Positions 25,370 to 39,672 of a stretch of DNA of 64,000 nucleotides are shown piece by piece. The stretch spans positions 2,480,001 through 2,544,000 of the forward strand of contig CM102289.1 in the NCBI GenBank assembly GCA_046563655.1. Reading direction: 5' to 3'. The notes under the pieces are model-generated. The model did no database searches. It had not been told where the DNA came from and saw only the letters and a program-made list of their open reading frames with translations. How positions within the stretch are numbered: position 1 is the stretch's first letter; every line of letters begins with the position of its first letter. The position numbers and the translations under genes are program-made. Source of the DNA: Yuukianura sp. NJ FZ-2021. Lineage: Eukaryota.

Positions 25370-28077
25370 CTATTTACATAGAGTATTTACCTGGATTCGA
25401 AATTTCTGTTTTTTCCAGTTCTTGTTTAACTTTTGTAGAAGCTTAGAAACAAACTCGGCCGCAATTGCAAATAAGGCAACGCAAACAGAAATACCAAAAA
25501 TGAAAAACAAAGTGCGTATTCGGGTATCGAGGTTGAGTACGTGTGGTAGTTGTGTATTATCTACAAATGTGCCATACTCTTTCCGCTTTAGTGCAATTTC
25601 GTGCAGTGCATATTTGTTGTCCGCCATAATATTGATATGCTGCAATATTCCGGACTCTACCATAGTTTGAATATCTCTCTCTGTTTTTTTACCGCCAAGA
25701 TTCAAAGGCCCAATTCCTATACCCCAAGTTGTTCTACTCAATATATCTGTTTTATCTTCCAAAATGTAATAACGTGGTTCTGTACTTCTTTTGGGATTGT
25801 ATTTGACCAATCCTACGACGTGCCTAATCCAGTTAACATCAAGGATAAGCATATTGTCGTTACATGTTCCAAGATCAGTCCAAAAGTCATTGTTAGATTC
25901 GCAACTTAGTGGGCGAACAAATCGTACCAGGTTAACCAATAGTCGCTCTCTTCTATTCCGTAATTTCGTTTCATCAACATGTAGCGACCCGTCCGACCCA
26001 CTTTGCAAAATAAAAATTTCATTTTTCAGACCACCTTCCAGATTTCCAAGAACTTTAATCTGTTCGGGCCAAACCAGGTACTGTTCACAGGTAAATGCGA
26101 TACCATTTTCTAAAGGTTGTAAATAAGGAGCGCTAATGCTCCAGTTCACATCTTTGAAATTTGACTTGAGTTTTTGAGGCATATTGCAACACTGGAATGA
26201 TAAGTCTTGGATTATTTTCAAATCTTCGTTTTTATAGAAAGCTAATGAGCTGTAGTTCAAAGTTATTGCAGCCTCTAGTGAATCTAAACGTTGTTCATCA
26301 AATGGTTTTACCAAAGACGTGATGACTACACCCTTGTAGCCATTGGACAACACAATGGCTGTAAAAATAAAGGCGCCAAAAATTGAGCGAAACGTGGAGA
26401 TTTTAAATTTTGAACCTGAAGTGTCGTAGGACACTTCAGTTAGAATTGATGCCAACAGAAATGGAATTTGAGTAAAAATTGGTCGGTAGTTTGGCATTAA
26501 CCAACAAGTAGTGCCAATTACAAAACATGTGACTAATAAGGCTAGCCATGCCGCTTCTGAAAATGGAGTTGCGTAGTCACCCAAAGAAATTTTTGTTTTA
26601 GTTCCAGAACAAGTTATGGCACTCATTTGAGATTCTAGAACTGAAAAAAAAATCATATTTGATCCCACACCCTCTAGCTGCAACATTCCAAAGCCTAATG
26701 CGATTTCCCAAACTCCCGCGTTGGAGATATTTTGAGAACTGCTTGTAGTACGAATTAGGGTGGAACTGTTGAATGGTCTGCCAAGGAACACAGGAATCGT
26801 TTCTTCAAATGCCTCTAATCCATGGTAAAATAATGTCTCAGCTTCTATTTGCGATTTCCTCAAGGTTGATTTTATGAGTAGCGAAATTTTAGATTTCTTG
26901 TGTTTTTCGGTCACAGACAAAAGCTTTTCAGCATCAAATCCTATAACAAAAGGTTAACTAATTTTTTTAACTCAGAATAATACTGTTAGTTTAATTTTGA
27001 GCAAGCTGACTTAAATTGATTGGAAAAGTTGATAACGTAAAAATGAGAATTCTTATTCATGTCAGATAATTAATTGATAGTCACAACCACAAAGATAATC
27101 AATGTGGTGCGGTATTATGTTTTACCTTGAATATAAAAATCAATTGGTAGTTTTATACATTTTCCATGTAAATTAATCGAATAATACACCTCCAAAATCT
27201 TGTTTGTGTGGCGATTGACTACTGCAGTAACTTTCGAAATTATTGAAAATGGTTCAAACTCTGGTGGAACGTATTTTCCAGTTCTCCAAAATACAGTTTT
27301 GTCCTGTCGTTTCCTGAGTTCAAATGTAACTTTAGATTGAATCACCTGTATTAGTATTAAAAACATAATTAAAATTAATAGTAGTTAATATTTTTGTTTG
27401 AGTATGTGTTAATAATCCCACAGATTAAATTTTGTGTATTAGGCAGTTAAACTGTAAGCTAAGATTTTTTTTATAAAATATACGTTTTTTTGATTTAAAA
27501 AAACTAATAATTTAGAAATTAGTTTTTTAAAATTCCTAACCTGGATGCTGATTCTTCCGGGAAAAAATGGCGGAAGCGAATCGGTCATAATCACTTCCCC
27601 TTCTAGAGTGTACGAAGCACCGATCCGTAGATCAGATCTACTCCAGTAGTGATTCAAGTACCAGTATATATCTTCTGTTTCGTTGTGTACATTTTTAGGA
27701 TACACAGCAATAACATTCAAGCACCTTACCCCTTTTACATGAAAACTATTTAGAACATGGCGGCAAATATCAGGGTTGTAGCTAACTTTAATCGCTCCAT
27801 AGAATACTACGGCACTCCCATTTCCAACTTTACACTCTAAACTATTTGCGTAGGAATCAAATTTAGGTTGCATGAGAACCAATGGGGTAAATGGAGGCGA
27901 AAAGTCAAAATCACGGTAAATAATTAGCGTGTCGTAGCATCGCATAGCTGACAGAAACGGATTTATATCAATAATAGTTTGGCCGGAAACGTAGTAAAGC
28001 ATAGACAACAAAATCGGTAAAAACTTAAACGGATCCAGTTTTAATATTAGCACAGCCATAGCTGTTAGCTGTAGCAT
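25370..28077 (-). CDS. Divergent ionotropic receptor, exons 28077-27541, 27345-27126, 26940-25370
   Basis: TPFSEAAW, IVLSNGYKGVVITSLVKP, MVESGILQH, terminal TM; splice phases join in frame; exact start codon uncertain. Confidence 0.75.
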
Positions 28078-29146
28078 TGATCACAATCTATCCTTAAAAT
28101 TTTAAATGTAAGAAATATAGTAAGAGTTTAATATCGGTTTCTAAAAAAAACTGCGCCATAAATTCACCGGGGAAATCACTAGCTGTCACGCAAACCATGT
28201 TTACTCAATGCTGCAAAGCCGCTTTGAAAACGAACTTCTCTAGAGAAGTTTTGGTCTCATGAGAACTAACCTTGAAAAAATATAAATTTCTAGAAATTAT
28301 AGTAAAATAATTTTCACAAAGTTTTCAAATTAATAGAGCACATACATTACGACACAACTACAGAAATGCAAAATGCAATTTAATAGATGATGTTTAATAG
28401 ATAAAGTATTCATCTGTGCACTTTGATTTTGACAACTGTTGTAGCCGCTAGTATTCAAGAAAAATGTTTTTTTACACTCTTTAAAACCTTGAATACACTT
28501 GCATGAATTTTTTTCACCTTCATCTACTTTCTGTTTAAAAAAGAAGCAAAGAAAAGCAACAAAGTTTTGAGTCAAGGTTCTTTGACAACCGAATTGTATT
28601 TCCTCCAAAAGGTTCTTCAATAACTCAGGGTTTGCAAAAATCCTACGTGAAAGCAATTTTTGCACCTAGTTTGTTCATGCTTTTTCCTCCAATTCTTTCC
28701 AAACTTTGATCACTTTAAATTGACATAGGAATAAGAAACAGTTTAAAATTGATATAGAAATGGAATTGAAGCTCAACCTGTTTCATTTTTGAAACTTTTG
28801 GCGAAAATTTGAAAAACCCAAGCTATTGGACAAGTTGCATGGAAAAAGTTTTTTTTGTTTAGGAAGCTTAGTTTTTAGTCGTGCAACTCCACAATTAATT
28901 AACAGAAATGTTATTCCATTTACTATGAATTCCGCCAGTTGGTTTTTTTACACGGAATAAAATGAACCAATCCTAAAACGCAGTTACACAAGCGTATTTA
29001 TGCTTCTGCGGAGTACAATTCTTTGTCGGTGGCTTAAGATACAACAATGTTGAGGGCTCGTACCTTGTGAGTGCCTAATTATTTAGGACCTTCATAGCCA
29101 AGACCTAAATGTTGGAACACACTATACGTCTGAACGTGTATGCCCC

Positions 29147-29393
29147 CAAGGTTCCTATAGCAACGAAATAGTTTTCTTTTAACAGGTTTGGCAATAAGTC
29201 CTGCTTACGAAAAATCTGCCTCGAACACTTTTTTGTGCCAATTTTCCGCCAATTTCATTTGATTACATATACATCATTGTCATAGAAATGCAGGTGAAGT
29301 AAGTTTTGCTATTTTTTTTAACAAAATTTAAAAAGTTCTAGTTATTACCTAACCTGTTGAAGAAAAAAACTTTTTTCTTGCTTAGGAACCTTG
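29147..29393. mobile_element. MITE with about 50-bp imperfect TIRs and 8-bp TSD (hAT-like)
   Basis: caaggttcct...aggaaccttg; flanks tatgcccc (29139) and tatgtccc (29394). Confidence 0.75.
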
Positions 29394-29437
29394 TATGTCC
29401 CTACGAAATTGCATTTTTTAATTATTAGTTCAGTAGG

Positions 29438-29740
29438 CTGCAATTTCCTAAAAAAAAGGTTCTTTCTTACTCTAATGTGCTACAATTTACTAAAAAAAAG
29501 TCTATTATTCTATTAGACTACAATTTAAATAAAAAAAGGTTTGAGACTCGGGTAAACTGCAGTTTACTGAAAAAAATGTCCATCACTCCAGCAGTCTACA
29601 ATTTACTGAAAAACAAGTTACTATTCCTGTAATAGTAAAATATAACAAAATTAAATTCATGATTCGAATGTGCTGCAATTAAATACAAGAAAAGTCTAAT
29701 ACTCTATTACGCTATAATTTACTAAAAAAAAGTTTTACTT
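29438..29740. repeat. Degenerate minisatellite, about 39-bp unit, 7-8 copies
   Basis: Recurrent ct(a/g)caattt(a/c)ctaaaaaaaag followed by a variable tail. Confidence 0.65.
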
Positions 29741-30244
29741 TTTGAAGCTTGAAAATTAAGGAGAACATATCATTAACTTCTAACTCGAGTTACTTACGGT
29801 TAGCAAAGGAAAGCATTAATTTACTGAAAAGCCTTGTATTAGCACAATAAGAATAGGTTTGAATACATATATATATATATATTACGAATTTTTCCATTAA
29901 CCAAGATTACCCAACCGCGAAGAAGGAAAAGAACTTTTGGTTTCATTATTTCGTTGTTGGAAATCTTTTTTAGTTTTTAAAGTTCTAAGAATTACTTTGT
30001 GATCTTAAGGACAAGCATTGTTGAATTTTGCATCCTCTGATGTTTTTTGAATGTTTTAGACATGTGCACATTTATATTAATAAAAACGTTTAGAAAAAGT
30101 GTTATTGCTGAAGTATAAACATGAAACAGCCGTGAAGAAGCCGTTCTACTTAATAGCTGTTACAGCTAAATTTTGATTTTTTTTAATTCAGATAGAAGGT
30201 AGATATTTTTTTATTCAGTTCAACATAAAATTCCAAAAGTTAAA

Positions 30245-31490
30245 ATGGACCGAACCAATTTGTGGGTAAAGTTAATGTATACTTGGACTAGATTTATGCG
30301 TTACATACCGGCAACATACCATTTTGGATATGGACAACCAGACACTCTTGTTCACACTAAAAACAACGGAATGTACAACGTGTTTGCAGTATTTTCAGCG
30401 ATTGCTTCTGGGCTACTAATAGTATATTGGTACTACGAAACCGTGTTTGGTGGTACGACAAAAATTGAAAAAATAATTGCTGTGGGATTGAACAGTGTCT
30501 TTAATGTATTACATACGTCACAATGGATTTTACTCATTCCGTCCACACGAAAGCGTTGTATTAACGTTACAAATATTAGTCTCAATACCAAGTTCCATTT
30601 ATCCGGAAAATTGCCGCGCTATTATGGAATGTTATGTTTCCTCTTATGTGTGACGACAATAATGTACCCGTTTATTGTACTGCCATTTGTATATGCTATG
30701 TCATGGGCATTACCTGGACTGTTCACAACAATTCAAAATATACTGACAGCTACTGCTGCACAACTCGCTATTCCGCAGTCCACCGCTTACGTCCGACTAT
30801 TCACCATATTCAAATTTATAGCTTTTGCTAGTATTGCTACTGGCATAGGTCATGCAGTAGTCACTACTGCTACGCTATTTCACTGGATTTTCTTGTATTT
30901 GTTCACAACTAACCGACAACTAAAGGATCTCAACTTGATCGGGTACGTAACATTTTTCCGTGTGTTGAACAAATTTTGAGTATTTTTTTTTTGCTTACAG
31001 TAAAGAACGACGCGAAGAAGAAGACACATGTTTTGAACATCAAATCTGTCCAGATACATCGCCGTATTTGAAAGTTAAAGTAATCGGTAAAGTATTTGAC
31101 GTGGCTTTTGGAGGTTTGATTACTATAATTGCAATTAATGTTTTGGTGGTTATAATAGTTTTTTCATTCTTTGTTATTCGTGCCAGTGGTGACTATCCTA
31201 TTGCGATAGTTTTTGTTATTGTTGATGCTGATTTTATGGTAACAGTATGTACAGCCCTCCTCTTGTCTATTGGGACTGATCAGTACTTTTTATCTAAAAG
31301 TTTAATTGAACTAGCCCGTCACCAAGCAAGAAAATCCGGCTCAGAATACAAATCAAAGTTTTGGAATAGCATGACTCCATTACGCATCAATGTTGGAAGT
31401 TTTTGCTCGCTTGAAACGAAAGAATTCATTTTGTTCATTTGGTCGCAAATAGTTATTGTATCAATTATAAATCTTCTCGTAGCATGCTAG
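30245..31490 (+). CDS. Multi-pass 7TM chemoreceptor-like protein (30245-30942, 31001-31490)
   Basis: Several TM helices; C-terminal SMTPLRINVGSF followed by a final helix, as in the GR/OR superfamily. Confidence 0.65.
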
Positions 31491-31960
31491 AATGATAACT
31501 GGTTACTATCAAAATTTAATAACATGATATAAGTTACAAGTTACAATTGCAGCAATTTTGTTACATTTGAATTCAAACCATCACTTTGGAAATCGTGAAT
31601 GAAAATGCGTGTTAGTTTTGTTTCTAAAGCTTCTTATGAGACTTGCTAAAATTTTCCGCTTTTTACGTTCTGTGCAATCAGTTTAGTAGACGCACAATGT
31701 GAATAGGAGTTCTGGCATAACCTGATAAGAAAAAATAAAAATTTCACTAAGGCTAAATGTGAATCTAATAAATTAATTCATCATTGTTAAATGTGGTTTA
31801 AATTATATGCTTTATATAATTGTGAACTAACGATAAGTTACAGCTGTAACTTTTGGATTTTTGAAAATTGGTTCGAAAACTAAGAGAATTTTTTTTGTCG
31901 TTGCAGGCAACGGTTGTATTCGTGCCATTTTTATTCAGAACAGTAATGGAATAAAAGAAA

Positions 31961-33275
31961 TTAATAATTAATTAACAGGAATGTAATTCCATTCACAAGG
32001 AAATCGGCAATTGATAGTTTAGCTTTCTTCTCCATGTAGTAGAAATGTCCAATCTGAAAGCGTAGCGGGAGCAGTGCTTTCATGCGTCTGCGCAGAATCG
32101 CTCGTTCACCAGAACTCAAGTCTATGAGTCCATTTTTCATGTTCTCCCGAAAAGAGTACGACATGTCAAATATTCTGGACATGGAAATGGCGGCGACTGG
32201 AATAACTATGAGCATACACACAACATCTAGTAAGCCTATTGCCCAGAGCCAGAAGCCCAAGTGCTTTGTGAACCTAATTGCAGTGTAAACTAGGAGCACA
32301 GCATTCATCAAAAATATCACTTTCATGGCTGGTCCGCAACTGCAACCGATTGACTTGTTAGCAAGCTGTGTCAAAACGCTCATCATGTGGTAAATTCCAA
32401 TGGACTCGTCTACCCATTTCTCACGGCGTGGAATTATTAAGTCATTTCTAAATTTAAAAAATACCTAAATAACACAACTAAATAATTAATATACTATTAT
32501 TATTTATAAAAAATGGTAAGTTTTTATATGCATTTATGTATTACTGTGCCAGTTTTAGCCAAGACGGAACCTCGAACAGTGACAAGGATGCATAAAAATT
32601 GAGTTGAAGGTCATGTCCATTTGTAATTACGATGATGGGAAACATAATGCAGTATGCAATGGCGAGAATAGGCATCGAAGTTATTGTGTTCATAGCAACG
32701 TACATTTCAAGCAATATCATCCATGGTACACTAATGTATCCAATGACAATTGATGCAAAGAACAATGTCTCTTGCAGTTTTGTATTTCTATGTGTGGGTG
32801 CTTCTACAATTTCATAATTCGTCATTTAATTTTTACAATTTGTTCTTTTTTTATGTTTTGAACATGTTCAACACGCTTTTACTCGGAATTTTAAATTGAA
32901 TTGTTCCTGATTTAACTTACCAAGACACTTATCCATGTGCACTACGCTGTTGATTGCGCTAGCGAGTTCATGCGGATAAAAAATTAAGTTCGTTCTGCAA
33001 ACGAACAGTCCGAGCGAATCGACAAAAAGAGTGCCCGGCCCAAGAATTTTATTGAGAACGGGAGTTCCGGGGAGTAGAGCTTCGCGAATAACCACGAAGT
33101 AGTGGATGGCTGCGAAAGAAAATTTTACGAAGGCTATGACCTTTGACCTCCGCAAAAGTCGGTCAGTGGTTTGAAGTGTGCGCCCTTTTTCATTATAAAC
33201 AAATGGATCCAGTTTCAATTTTGAAAATGCCCGTAAGGAGAAGTGTATCACGTCTACTTGCAACTTGGTTAACAT
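31961..33275 (-). CDS. Multi-pass 7TM chemoreceptor-like protein (33275-32921, 32803-32545, 32447-31961)
   Basis: Three exons join in frame; ALLPLRFQIGHFYYMEK before the final helix. Confidence 0.65.
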
Positions 33276-34337
33276 TTTCTATAGTAATAATATTTTGTTT
33301 TTTAGGGTCGTTAGTTCAATATGTTGTGCAGAAAAACTCTTTTGAAGGTTTCATACTTATAAGTACTAAATTAGGAAATAAAAAAGACGAAAATTTAAGT
33401 TGTTCCCTATAATGAAAAATTCTTGTGAAATTGTAGTGAAAGTTCAATGTATATTTTGGTTTTTTCTTTAATAAAAAGTAACTGCTTTAACTCATTTTCT
33501 GAAAATGGCCTACAAAATATACAAATTATGTTCAAGGCTTCTGAAAAATAATTTCAACAACAGCCCAAAATTGGCCAAAATTCTAGATAATTTTTAAAAA
33601 ACTCGTGAGCGTCCTTGTAGTAAATTGAAAAATTAGCGGTTGCTTTTCAATCTACTTAAGGTAGTGGGTTATAACCGATGAATGACCAAATTGGCATGCC
33701 GCGACTTATAATAATGTTTCCAGTACAGTTTACGTTAGAAAAAAGAAGAAAGGTTCTAATATTTGGAAGACACGATTGAAGATACAAAGAAATCGTAAGA
33801 AATAAATCGATCTAGATTTTTCAAAAACTGCCAAAAGTTTGTTGTTGCTTTTTTTTATTGTTAGACAACATCGAGCCGGCTTCGCAGTTCACTACTTAGC
33901 ACTTACCACATCAAAATATATTCATCAAACTAACTTCAAAATTTCCCTCTTGATCGGCGGGTTACAAACTTACTACAACTAGCAGTAATACAGAAGAAAG
34001 TATAATTTGAAAAATATGTTAAAATACTCATCTATGGCTTACTAAACAGCACTAATTTTTAGTAAATCCTAATAACACAATGTATATTCCAACCCTAGTA
34101 AAGGAAATCTCATAAAACTTGTAATCATAACTAGTACATAAAAATAATTTTGAATATTTGAGAGTACAATATTCTAGCAAATAATATGCATTCATGTGCA
34201 TTTGTGATTTCCTAATTACAAATCACATTGACGTCCAGAAATACATGTAAATGTAAAGCTTTTGCACTAGACTGTTTCTATTAATAACGCATTCACTTGC
34301 TTTTTTTAGGAACGTCTTCCGACTAATAACTTCGGAA

Positions 34338-37300
34338 TTAGGATTCCGTCTTTGAAGGTGCGCTTGAAGTCGAACTGGCAAGTTTTTTGGAATACTTCAA
34401 CTGTTCCTGGGCTTTCCACTCTCGTTTGGCAGGATACCTCTTCAGTTGTCCATCCCAATCTAGGTCAACGAGACCTCCAGCACGCGCAATCTCAGCCTTA
34501 ACCTTTAAAAAACGTAAAGTTAAAGTTCAAAATATTCTGTGTAAAACCACAGGAACAATTAGAATTCTAAAATCTAGTATGACTTACCCTGTTTGCAAAA
34601 CCAATGGCCGATTCTCCTTCCATTCTTTCCATGGGTGGCAGGTACCATACATCACAAACAATGGCCCAAGATGTCATCATCATGTACAAATACTGTAGCA
34701 TCGTCTGCTCACTCGAGTTCCAAAAGGCGTCGCCAAACCGTGGGTCATACTGTTGCATTAAACAATAAAAAAAAAAACAAAATTAAGAACTTTAAAAGCC
34801 ATAAAGCATATTTTCTCATATTTTAAGATTGAAAAAAAAAAAACTAAAGTTATTGGATTTCGGATTACCTTGATTGCTACTGGATAAACTATGCCTCCTA
34901 CTTCAAAGGAGCCTTTCTTGAATTGCATAACAGCGCTGTTATTTATGCAGGTGCCTTCCGGAAATATCAAAATTGGTAACTTGTTTAGGTTTTCCACATG
35001 TTGTTTCAACCTAGCAATCAGTACAGTTAGTAGCATTAATTATGAATAACCCTTCTAGATTTAGGTGAACAATCCAAAAACTCTCCTACACCACATATGG
35101 ACAAACCCTGTTAATGTACTTGTATCCAATTAACAGCTGATGGCAGTACAGTAAATTTAAATAACCCCTTTGATCTTACGATAATTTTAAAATAATTTTC
35201 AATCATATCCGACGATTTCCTGACCACGAATTAGCTTAGTTTTCTAAATTAAGTGTACTTTTGGAATGCCCATTTCCGTTTTAGGTTGTTGTAAAATATG
35301 TTAACACGCACACATGACCACAAAAAGAAATAGTTTTTTAATTACTGTCCATATGTGGTGTAAATGGTTTGCCCGCATGCGTTACCAAATCCCCTAACTT
35401 TTATTTGGTATCTGGTAGGTAATGCTACTAGTTTGGAAGTAAACGAACTAGTATTAGTTTCCTAATAATTTTAGTATTTTTGAACGAATGCATTTTTAAG
35501 CTAACTGCAATTGTGGTGTTACCTATTCGTAACAGCCATTCTGTCCTTTGCTTCTGCTCGCTCAAAGAAAATGTGATCCGTGGCTCTGCGCAGGACAGAT
35601 TGCAAAAACCCCAAGAATCCACCATGAATCTGGCCAATCTACGAACCAAACAAATGTGAAGTCAGAATGGTAACATTAATTTTTGTTAATGTCGGATTGA
35701 ATGGACACGACTAGTATGTCAAACTTACCAGAGCAAATGACGTTTCACATCCCAGGGGAACAATGTCCATTACTGTTGTGTGATTAGCCACGCAAATTCC
35801 ACCCGGCTTTGGTTTGTTCTCCGTTTGATGGTAAGTTGCAATCAGAGAGAATGAGCGCGAGAAGAGACGATGTGAAAATCTAGTCAAAACGTCATGAATT
35901 TCGCGTTTCCTTTCAAACGAATTCGGAACGAGTCCAATCAAGGCAGTAGTTATGACTAGCGTGAGCATCTATGAATCCCCAAAATTTTAAAGTTGGCATA
36001 CATGTTTAAAATATTTATGTACTTTTTTATCAGCGTACTGAAACTACGAAGAAAACCATGCGAATGGGAAGCAGAATCCAGTAGCGTAAAATGAAACCCA
36101 GGACCCATATGAGAGTGACACGGAAGGAAATAAACTCGTAGCTCCGATTTGTTCTCGTCAGCATATTCCATGACTAAAAAAAAATAAAAAATTACAAAAA
36201 TCATTAAAAACTCATTCAGGACTTCGGTCATCAAATTCGTCTTATTGCCCTTTACAATATTCAGAGTAAACTTATTTGTAATTTGATAGTGACTTTGGAC
36301 TTGGACTTTGATTATGAACTCCAAGGATACTTAAAATACTGTTATCAGGGAAATTGGTTTTGTGCGTCAATTGCACATTCAGACTTCAGACAAAAATAAT
36401 TGCGTGTGATAGTGAAATTAATGCCGCATGACATAAAAAACTGAAACCCAAGGGAAAAATCACGCGAAGCTCTAGATTTCTTTTTTTTCTGTGAATTTTA
36501 CGTCATGACACAAAATGCAATTAACAAACTCTAACGCTTGTCTCACACACGTTAGCGTTTGTCTTCGAACTAAATCATTCAGAAGTTAATTGGTACCTTC
36601 AACTCTTCCGTAATAAAACGTTGTGTCACTTGATCGTTGACAATCGCTTCAATTCCTGAGGAGACAAACTCAAAAATGTCGGTGAGTAAAAAGTCAGCCG
36701 TAGGTTCCTCACGTATCGCGTCCGCCTGAAACACAAATATGGTACAAATAGTAGTAATTAAAAGTTTTTTTTTACATTAAAAAATCCTATGAAGTTGACT
36801 GGAGTTCACAAAATTCTTGTACGTGGTTAGATTGATCGCCGAACACCACCGCAGTATGTTACTTTATTACACAGAACCATTTGTTGTTTCATGTCACGAA
36901 AACTTACCGACTGTGAATGCGCTACGCCAACCGATACCGTGTCATCTGATATGCTTAACCGTCGTTTTGTTGTTTGTAGAATGCTACTTGGCGGAGTATC
37001 GTAAACTGCAGATCTAGTTCTGGTTCTTGATCTTTGTACAGGAACAGGATTGACAACACGACTCTCATTTACAAACGTCGGGGTTGCTTGTTTTTCATTC
37101 TTATCGGAGTCTGAATCTGAACTTGTCCCGTAGTCATCTTCGTCACTCGTATTTTGATCTGGGGCGTGTTTTGATTTTCTGGCCTTGTCAATTCGTCTCT
37201 TGCCATACTATTTTCAAAAGTCAGTTTTTAATTGAGCCGTTCCACTTTTTCGAGAAAATATCTATATCAACAACTCTCACCTCAAACAAATAAATGAGGA

Positions 37301-37424
37301 CTCGGACATATAATCTTCTGAATCCAATCGATTTTCCAAATGCGGCTGGGATAAAGATCAGTATGAAAAATGCAAGCAATGGCCCATAGCAGAACGATTT
37401 CCACGCAATCTCAAAGGCGCCCAT
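34338..37424 (-). CDS. GPAT4: Glycerol-3-phosphate acyltransferase 3/4 (AGPAT9/6-like), multi-exon
   Basis: GICVANHTTVMD (HxxxxD), LIFPEGTCINNSAVMQFKKGSFE, YDPRFGDAFWNSS, MMTSWAIVCDVWYLPPM, GGLVDLDWDGQLKR; GPAT3 vs GPAT4 not resolvable. Confidence 0.92.
35087..35362. mobile_element. Small TA-flanked MITE in a GPAT intron
   Basis: Perfect 17-bp inverted pair tacaccacatatggaca / tgtccatatgtggtgta. Confidence 0.7.
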
Positions 37425-38119
37425 CCTGTTCTCTGTAAAAATATTCATACACAGGTTAGAAATTCATACATTACTGCCAGTAATTTACTGGTAACTCATA
37501 TAGTATTAAAAACGGAATGTATTTACCGCAAAATCAACTTAAATTATAGAAGTTAATGACAGTCTGATGTTTTGAATGATGAATTAATTGAACTATAAAA
37601 TGCGACTGATTACCAAACTACTACGACCGACCTTAGGTTAATTAGTGTGTCTTCTCTTGTGACTTGTGTGACTGTGATGTGATTTAGTGATTTACTATTA
37701 TGCATATGCAGTGTACTTTAATTTTAGTGAATCTTCATCTTCAACGTAGACCAATATCGAAGGGTGGGGAACAAAAAAACAGCAAAAAACACTTGAACGT
37801 GTTTTGAAGGTCTTTTGATTCAAATGTTTGAAAATTTTCTTGGCGCTGGAGATGAAAAGAGAAAAAATTTCAGAGTGGCGTTGCACGCAACAATAGTAAA
37901 GTTGCACTGAAAAAGAAATGTTTTTGTCACTAATTTGTACAAAAAAAAACTAGTTATCGGAAATAATTAACGTGGCTTGTGATTTGTTCAAGTACTTGAA
38001 AGATGAACGCAATCCCTAAAGCAAGACCATGCAGATACGATAAAGATTTTATCATCGTCAAGTTCATTGCAATTTTTTGCCAATATCATCTTGCTGCGTT
38101 AGCATTTAAAATCAATTTC

Positions 38120-39285
38120 CAGGAGCCGCGAGCTGTGCCTAGATAATCGGAATTTAGTTCCCGATTAAGAAAAAACGACGAGCACACCGAAACCACTAAT
38201 CGGAATTTTTCCGATTATCCCTAATCTTGAGATAATCGTCAGCTAACCCAAAAAAATCTGGTTAGGGTGTGATCACCCAGAAAATTAATACCGATTAAGA
38301 GTTTCAGAGATCACACCTTCCTAATCTAACCAGATTTTGATGCTGAAACAAAAACCACTCCGGAGCAGTTTTATCTCGGTAATAACGTGAATCTCCCTAC
38401 TACATCAAATCTCCATCGAGTCATGACCATTCTTTTGAGTCACGACCGATGCCGTTCTCCATATTTTCGTGTAACGTTTACATAAATACACCAAAAGGGC
38501 TGTTGGCCCGTCTCCGTTATGAACCCCCGGAGTACTAACGTACGATCTCAACTCTTGTCATCACTATTCGTTTCCATTCGGAGTCTACTCGGTAACTAAT
38601 GTATCATCATCATCCATCACTATTTAGTTCAATTCGGAGTCTACTCGGTACCTAATATAGCATGCATCACTATTCGATTCCATTCGCTGTCTACTCGGTA
38701 CTTAATGTATCATGCCACGTTATGTCGTCACTACAACTATTCATGTGGCCTTGACTCGTCTAAATAGACGGCCGTGACTCACATGAACTTGACTGATCTT
38801 TGTTCAGAAGGCAGACTAACGTTTTACTTACGTCCGTGTACTCCTAACAGTAAGGACGAGAGATGATTGATTATGTAATAACAAGGTCACCGATTTAGGC
38901 ATTAGCAATGAAAACGATGGCTACACTGCGAGTTACGGCCAACTAGTACTATGCTAGTTGAGTCACAACCGCAATTAAGCCAATGAGTGGTATCGGTACT
39001 CAATTAAATTGATCAGTGATTCCGTGGAGCGGTAGAACTAATGTGATGAGATTTGAACTTGATTGTGTATGTAAGCAGCTGCTGTTTGTTTACATTGTAA
39101 GTTTTCCAATCCCGCGCGTCCCGTGTCACGATGAAAAACTGGTTAGGTTAAGGGCTAAACCAGAGGTTGTCTTAATCTAACCAATTTTTGGAGTGTGATC
39201 TCCAAATGAAACCAAGTTTTTCTTCTGGTTAAGGTTAGATTACGCTAATTCACATTTTAATGCTCGGAGTGTGATCGTGGCTCCA
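38120..39285. mobile_element. Degenerate inverted-repeat element, boundaries approximate
   Basis: ggagccgcga / tcgtggctcc ends; taatctaacca, tggttagg and gtgtgatc motifs in both orientations at both ends. Confidence 0.4.
38559..38712. repeat. 3 tandem copies of a 50-56 bp unit
   Basis: catcactatt...attcggagtctactcggta.ctaat at 38559, 38615, 38665. Confidence 0.85.
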
Positions 39286-39672
39286 GAGTTTTGCCCACTA
39301 TACCCGAAATAACCTTTTTTTCATCTAGCAAATGGCAACTGAATTCACATATCATTTGAAAAAAAAAACTGTAACTACGAATACTATTAAATCCATGAAG
39401 TAGTGATAAATTCAACTTAAACCCAATTTGACTATTCAACAACTAAATTCAATTAAACGATACCAACATTTTGTTTGTTGGTGGTTTTCATTTGTTCAAA
39501 AATTTTCGGCGTCGTACAACAAAATTTTTTTGTAGACGGAGATTTGGTATGATAAACGTTAAAAACGTTATAATTCTACACTACAGGTTAACCTTGAACT
39601 TCACATTTTTATCATTCCAAGAAAGAATTTCGTCTTTAACATTGACAAGCCCTGTAAGAAGACATGCCACAC

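Noticed and set aside
28330..28665. 111-aa ORF
   Set aside because: AT-rich low-complexity sequence with no recognisable motif
29438..29740. Repeat-spacer-like periodicity
   Set aside because: Degenerate AT-rich minisatellite; variable parts resemble each other
38559..38712. CRISPR-like repeated unit
   Set aside because: Whole units repeat without unique spacers, no cas genes, eukaryotic context
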